Shown: positions 56,652 to 60,560 of the stretch, piece after piece | Position numbering within the stretch: the first letter of the stretch is position 1 | Layout: the number at the start of each line of letters is the position of its first letter | Assembly (NCBI GenBank): GCA_029006755.1 | Contig: JAQXGO010000029.1 | Span: forward strand, 1 to 60,560 | Direction: 5' to 3' | DNA: 60,560 nucleotides | From: Clostridia bacterium | GTDB lineage: Bacteria; Bacillota; Clostridia; UMGS1883; UMGS1540 | The notes under the pieces: generated by a model | What the model was told of the DNA's origin: nothing | What the model saw: the letters and a program-made list of their open reading frames with translations, nothing else | Databases searched by the model: none | Translations under genes and position numbers: made by a program

Positions 56652-56960
56652 ATGCAGAATCTTTTATTCCAATCTCTTGGGAATTCAGTTTTAGGATTGG
56701 CCATCGTGTTTGCAGTCTTGATCATTCTTATGGCATGCATCAAGGTTATGTCCGCATTCATGAAGAAAGGTGAAGCACCGCAAAAGGTGCAGGCACCGGC
56801 ATCGGCTGCACCGGTAGTTGCGGCAAAAGGCAGTTGTGGGGATATTCGGATTTTCGATGTACCGGAAAAGACAGCTGCTATGCTGATGGCAATTACAGCA
56901 GACAAGCTTGGTGAACCTTTGCATACTTTACGGTTCATCTCTATTAAAGAAGTGAAATAA
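56652..56960 (+). CDS. oadG: Decarboxylase gamma (OadG-like) membrane subunit
   Basis: 102 aa. N-terminal TM segment LGLAIVFAVLIILMACIKVM. Confidence 0.65.
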   Translation: MQNLLFQSLGNSVLGLAIVFAVLIILMACIKVMSAFMKKGEAPQKVQAPASAAPVVAAKGSCGDIRIFDVPEKTAAMLMAITADKLGEPLHTLRFISIKEVK

Positions 56961-56977
56961 GGGAAGGAAGGCTAACG

Positions 56978-57367
56978 ATGAAATATAAGATTACATTAAA
57001 CGGAAAAACATATGAAGTTGAAGTAGAAAAGGGCGCCGCGATTGTTGCAGCAGAATATGATGCCGCCGCACCGGCTGCCGCACCTGCCGCACCGGCTGCG
57101 CCTGCCGCCGCACCGGCCGCTGCACCGGCCGCTGCACCGGCTGTAACCGGAGCGGGGGACCCTGTTGTATCTCCGCTGCCCGGCACAGTTCTCAGCATTA
57201 AGGTTACACAGGGCCAGGCTGTGAAGAAAGGTGACCTTCTGGCGATTGTAGAAGCCATGAAGATGGAAAACGAAATTCTGGCACCGAAGGATGGCACGGT
57301 TACGCAGATTATTGCATCAAATGGCGCAACGATTGACAGTGGTGCACCCCTCCTCGTATTAGCATAG
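56978..57367 (+). CDS. Biotin carboxyl carrier protein with Ala/Pro linker
   Basis: 129 aa. (AAPAA)n linker and the biotinylation motif EAMKMEN. Confidence 0.9.
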   Translation: MKYKITLNGKTYEVEVEKGAAIVAAEYDAAAPAAAPAAPAAPAAAPAAAPAAAPAVTGAGDPVVSPLPGTVLSIKVTQGQAVKKGDLLAIVEAMKMENEILAPKDGTVTQIIASNGATIDSGAPLLVLA

Positions 57368-57380
57368 GAGGCTGGACAAG

Positions 57381-58571
57381 ATGAATATTTTAGAAACTTT
57401 AGAAAAAATCTGGAACACTTCCGGTCTTGCTACAATTATCAATCAATTTGGCGTAGATGGTTTCCGTCAGCTTATTATGATTGCATTGTCCTGCTTGCTT
57501 TTATATCTCGGCATTGTGAAAAAATTCGAGCCGCTTCTTTTAGTCGGCATTGCATTTGGCATGCTTTTAACAAACCTGCCTATTTCCGGCGTGTATAACC
57601 CCATGTACTGGGCTGGTACAGGAAAGCCGGATTACGGCGAAATTCTGTTTCATGGCGGCGTTTTGGACATTTTATATTTAGGCGTTAAGACCGGTCTTTA
57701 TCCGTCTTTGATTTTCTTAGGCGTAGGCGCCATGACAGACTTTGGACCCATGATTGCGAATCCGAAGTCTATGCTTTTGGGTGCAGCTGCACAGTTCGGT
57801 ATTTACTGTGCGTTGATATTGGCAATCCTTTTAGGCTTTGATGGACAGGCAGCTGCTTCTATCGGTATTATCGGTGGTGCGGACGGCCCGACCGCTATCT
57901 GGCTGACAAAAACTTTAAAGCCGGAGCTTTTAGCCCCGATTGCGATTGCAGCGTATTCCTACATGGCACTGATTCCGATGATTCAGCCGCCGCTGATGAA
58001 GCTGATTACAACAGAAAAAGAACGTAAAATTAAAATGGAGCAGCTTCGTCCTGTTTCCAAGACAGAGAAAATCGTATTTCCGATTTTGGTTACCATTGTC
58101 ACCTGCTTAATCCTGCCCTCTGTTGCTCCCCTCTTGGGTTGCCTCATGTTGGGAAATCTTTTAAAGGAATGCGGTGTTACGGAGAGACTCTCTGATACAG
58201 CACAGAATAACTTGATGAATATTGTTACGATATTCCTGAGCATTTCTGTGGGTGCAACAGCAAGATATGATACCTTCTTGCAGTTTGACACCTTAAAGAT
58301 TGTTGTGCTTGGTCTTATCGCCTTTAGCTTCTCTACATTGGGCGGCCTTTTACTGGGCAAGCTTATGTGCAAGCTTTCTGGCGGGAAAATCAATCCGCTT
58401 ATCGGTTCAGCCGGTGTTTCCGCTGTACCGATGGCCGCACGTGTTTCGCAGACGGTTGGACAGAAGGCAGATCCTTCTAACTTCCTTTTAATGCATGCAA
58501 TGGGGCCGAATGTTTCCGGCGTTATCGGTTCCGCAGTTGCAGCCGGATTCCTGCTTGCAGTCTTCGGCTAA
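57381..58571 (+). CDS. oadB: Na+-transporting decarboxylase beta subunit
   Basis: 396-aa polytopic protein. GADGPTAI and SAGVSAVPMAARV motifs of the OadB/GcdB/MmdB family. Confidence 0.85.
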   Translation: MNILETLEKIWNTSGLATIINQFGVDGFRQLIMIALSCLLLYLGIVKKFEPLLLVGIAFGMLLTNLPISGVYNPMYWAGTGKPDYGEILFHGGVLDILYLGVKTGLYPSLIFLGVGAMTDFGPMIANPKSMLLGAAAQFGIYCALILAILLGFDGQAAASIGIIGGADGPTAIWLTKTLKPELLAPIAIAAYSYMALIPMIQPPLMKLITTEKERKIKMEQLRPVSKTEKIVFPILVTIVTCLILPSVAPLLGCLMLGNLLKECGVTERLSDTAQNNLMNIVTIFLSISVGATARYDTFLQFDTLKIVVLGLIAFSFSTLGGLLLGKLMCKLSGGKINPLIGSAGVSAVPMAARVSQTVGQKADPSNFLLMHAMGPNVSGVIGSAVAAGFLLAVFG

Positions 58572-58588
58572 AAATATGCGTATCAATC

Positions 58589-58625
58589 GAATCCTCTTGT
58601 ACGTGGGTACGAGGGGATTCTTTTT
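58589..58625 (+). terminator. Rho-independent terminator
   Basis: gaatcctcttgtac / gtacgaggggattc stem (two G-U pairs) plus TTTTT. Confidence 0.7.
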
Positions 58626-58649
58626 ACTTGCATCTTTTATAAATTTTTC

Positions 58650-58678
58650 TTTACAAATTGGCATTTTTAGTATATAAT
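58650..58678 (+). promoter_or_regulatory. Sigma-A-type promoter for putP
   Basis: TTTACA, 17-nt spacer, TATAAT. Confidence 0.55.
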
Positions 58679-58707
58679 TAAAAAATCATATATAAAGGAG
58701 TGTTACT

Positions 58708-60279
58708 ATGGATAAGAGCACATTGCAAATTCTTATCTCCATGGTCGGTTACATGCTGATTGTAATCGGCATTGGTCTTTATTTTTCAAAACGTGCACAA
58801 CAAAGCTCAGAAAACTTTTTCTTGGGGGGCCGCTCTCTTGGTCCCTGGGTGGCTGCAATGAGCGCAGAGGCTTCTGATATGAGCGGATGGCTCTTGATGG
58901 GTCTGCCGGGCGTTGCATACTGGTGTGGTATTGCAGATGCAGCTTGGACGGCGATTGGTTTGGCATTGGGCACCTACATAAACTGGTTAATTGTTGCAAA
59001 GCGCCTGCGTCGGTATTCCGTCGTAGCAGGAAACGCCATTACAATTCCCGAGTTTTTCAGTAATCGTTTCCATGAAAAGAAAAAGCTTTTGATGACGATA
59101 TCTGCAATGATGATTTTGGTGTTCTTTACGGTATACGCCGGTAGCTGCTTTGTCACTTGCGGCAAACTGTTCGGAACACTGTTTGGATTCTCCTATCATT
59201 CCATGATGATTGCGGGTGCGTTATTTGTAATTTTCTACACCTTCATTGGTGGTTTTTTAGCAGAAAGTGCATCTGACTTTATGCAAGCCATTGTTATGAT
59301 TCTTGCACTTGTGATTACACTGGTTGTTGGCACAGCCGCTGCCGGCGGCCTTGGTGCAGTGATTGAAAATGCAAAAGCCATTCCCGGCTATTTCTCGCTG
59401 GCCAATATGGCAAGCCCGGTCGTTGATGCAGATGGTGTACAGCAGGTAACCAGCGGTTTGCCGGTCTTCGGCGCACCGACAAGGTATGGTGTTTTAACAG
59501 CCATATCCATGCTTTCCTGGGGGCTTGGCTATTTCGGTATGCCGCAGGTGTTACTCCGGTTCTTTGCAATTCGCCGCGTGGATGAATTAAAGCGCTCTCG
59601 CCGCATTGCAACGGTCTGGGTTGTGATTTCTCTTTTGGCGGCTGTAGCAATCGGTATTCTCGGCCGTACATTGTTCCCCACAGAAGCGGGCCTTTTGACA
59701 AAGAGTGGCGCGGAAAATATTTTTATCACAATGTCACAGTCCCTGTTTCCGCCGATCATCGCCGGTATTATTATGGCAGGTATTCTGGCTGCAACCATCA
59801 GTTCCTCGGACTCCTACCTGCTGATTGCCGCTTCTGCTTTTGCAAAGAATATTTTTGAGGGTATCATAAAGAAGGATGCAACGGATAAGCAGGTTATGGT
59901 CGTTACCCGTATTGTACTGATTGCGATTTCGTTGATTGGTATCCTGATTGCTTGGAATGAAAAGAGTGTTATTTTCAATATTGTTTCCTTTGCATGGGCA
60001 GGCTTTGGTGCAACCTTCGGGCCTTGTATGCTGTTCTCCTTGTTCTGGAAGCGTATGAATCGCAATGGTGCAGTTGCAGGTATGCTGATTGGCTGTGCAA
60101 CGGTATTTGTCTGGAAGTTAGTGCTGAACCCCTTGGGTGGCATCTTCAAGATTTACGAGTTGTTCCCAGCCTTCGTGATTGCTTCTGTTGCAATTGTCGT
60201 GGTTTCTCTTTTGACTGCACCGCCTGAAAAGGCTATTACAGATGAGTTTGATGCAGTCAAGGAATATGTTGTAGAATAA
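58708..60279 (+). CDS. putP: Sodium:proline symporter (SSF family)
   Basis: 523 aa, ~13 TM segments. FFLGGRSLGPWVAAMSAEASDMSGWLLMGLPG signature. Confidence 0.85.
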   Translation: MDKSTLQILISMVGYMLIVIGIGLYFSKRAQQSSENFFLGGRSLGPWVAAMSAEASDMSGWLLMGLPGVAYWCGIADAAWTAIGLALGTYINWLIVAKRLRRYSVVAGNAITIPEFFSNRFHEKKKLLMTISAMMILVFFTVYAGSCFVTCGKLFGTLFGFSYHSMMIAGALFVIFYTFIGGFLAESASDFMQAIVMILALVITLVVGTAAAGGLGAVIENAKAIPGYFSLANMASPVVDADGVQQVTSGLPVFGAPTRYGVLTAISMLSWGLGYFGMPQVLLRFFAIRRVDELKRSRRIATVWVVISLLAAVAIGILGRTLFPTEAGLLTKSGAENIFITMSQSLFPPIIAGIIMAGILAATISSSDSYLLIAASAFAKNIFEGIIKKDATDKQVMVVTRIVLIAISLIGILIAWNEKSVIFNIVSFAWAGFGATFGPCMLFSLFWKRMNRNGAVAGMLIGCATVFVWKLVLNPLGGIFKIYELFPAFVIASVAIVVVSLLTAPPEKAITDEFDAVKEYVVE

Positions 60280-60291
60280 ACATTAAAAAAG

Positions 60292-60338
60292 GGGGCCGTA
60301 GCAAAAAGTAATTTGCTATGGCCCCTTGCTTGTTTTTT
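60292..60338 (+). terminator. Terminator hairpin T4
   Basis: GGGGCCGTAGCAAA / TTTGCTATGGCCCC (one G-T pair) followed by a T-rich tract. Confidence 0.7.
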
Positions 60339-60354
60339 GAGAATGCAAACTCTA

Positions 60355-60402
60355 CCGGACCAACGTACGCCGACGAATTTGCATCCCCAAAATATACCTT
60401 CG
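60355..60402 (+). repeat. Repeat module E2
   Basis: Reverse complement matches 1-48. Confidence 0.55.
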
Positions 60403-60447
60403 TTTTTCAACCTCTGACCAGCGTGTCGATTGTATCGACACGCTGAA

Positions 60448-60560
60448 GGGGCCGTAGAAAAATGCACAGACCGCATAAAGCATACAATTCTTGAGAATAT
60501 GCGGAAAAGCATTAAAAGAGTCAAAAGTTAGGGTGGAAATTCGCTAAACCATGCATTTCT
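60448..60560 (+). repeat. Repeat modules K4+E1 (runs off window)
   Basis: Matches the reverse complement of 241-364. Internal stem ccgcata (60471-60477) / tatgcgg (60498-60504). Confidence 0.75.

Noticed and set aside
56944-57297. 117-aa Ala/Gly-rich minus-strand ORF
   Set aside because: It is the antisense reading of the Ala/Pro linker of the BCCP gene, and the sense strand carries the EAMKMEN biotinylation motif.

Overview
This is a 60.5-kb chromosomal window from a spore-forming Firmicute. The gene content looks Clostridia-like (SPOCS/LysM coat-type protein, dpaAB, GerM) and GC is mid-range by eye. The species cannot be named from the sequence alone. Layout: (1) greA and a coat-morphogenesis-type gene on the minus strand. 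(2) 3.6-16.0 kb holds a 13-gene phage-derived block: portal, scaffold, capsid, three fibre-like genes (one with collagen repeats), holin plus amidase, and three podovirus-type neck/tail candidates. It has no terminase, integrase, repressor or replication genes, and ends on the right at a 21-bp-stem terminator and IS3-family debris. (3) ylxM-ffh-rpsP-KH-rimM-trmD, then topB and a fused feoAB. (4) 25.7-37.0 kb is a translationally coupled 12-gene operon. It joins an LDH-fold dehydrogenase carrying the malate-specifying Arg, HdrB/HdrC/HdrA/MvhD, three Flx/sulfhydrogenase-like FeS and FAD-NAD(P) subunits, a soluble FrdB/FrdA-like pair, and class-I fumarase. This is my top candidate for an undescribed system: an NAD(P)H-driven, possibly electron-bifurcating fumarate reductase. 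(5) The rest is citrate synthase, GerM, a two-component system, a ComEA-like protein, pdxK, dpaBA, an ECF sigma/anti-sigma pair, a radical-SAM pair, mreB, a Na+-pump-type oxaloacetate decarboxylase operon and putP. Four intergenic sites (1-364, 37011-37390, 46011-46165, 60290-60560) are built from a mosaic family of short repeats whose predicted stems show compensatory substitutions. All functional calls come from motif recognition by eye; no database search was run.
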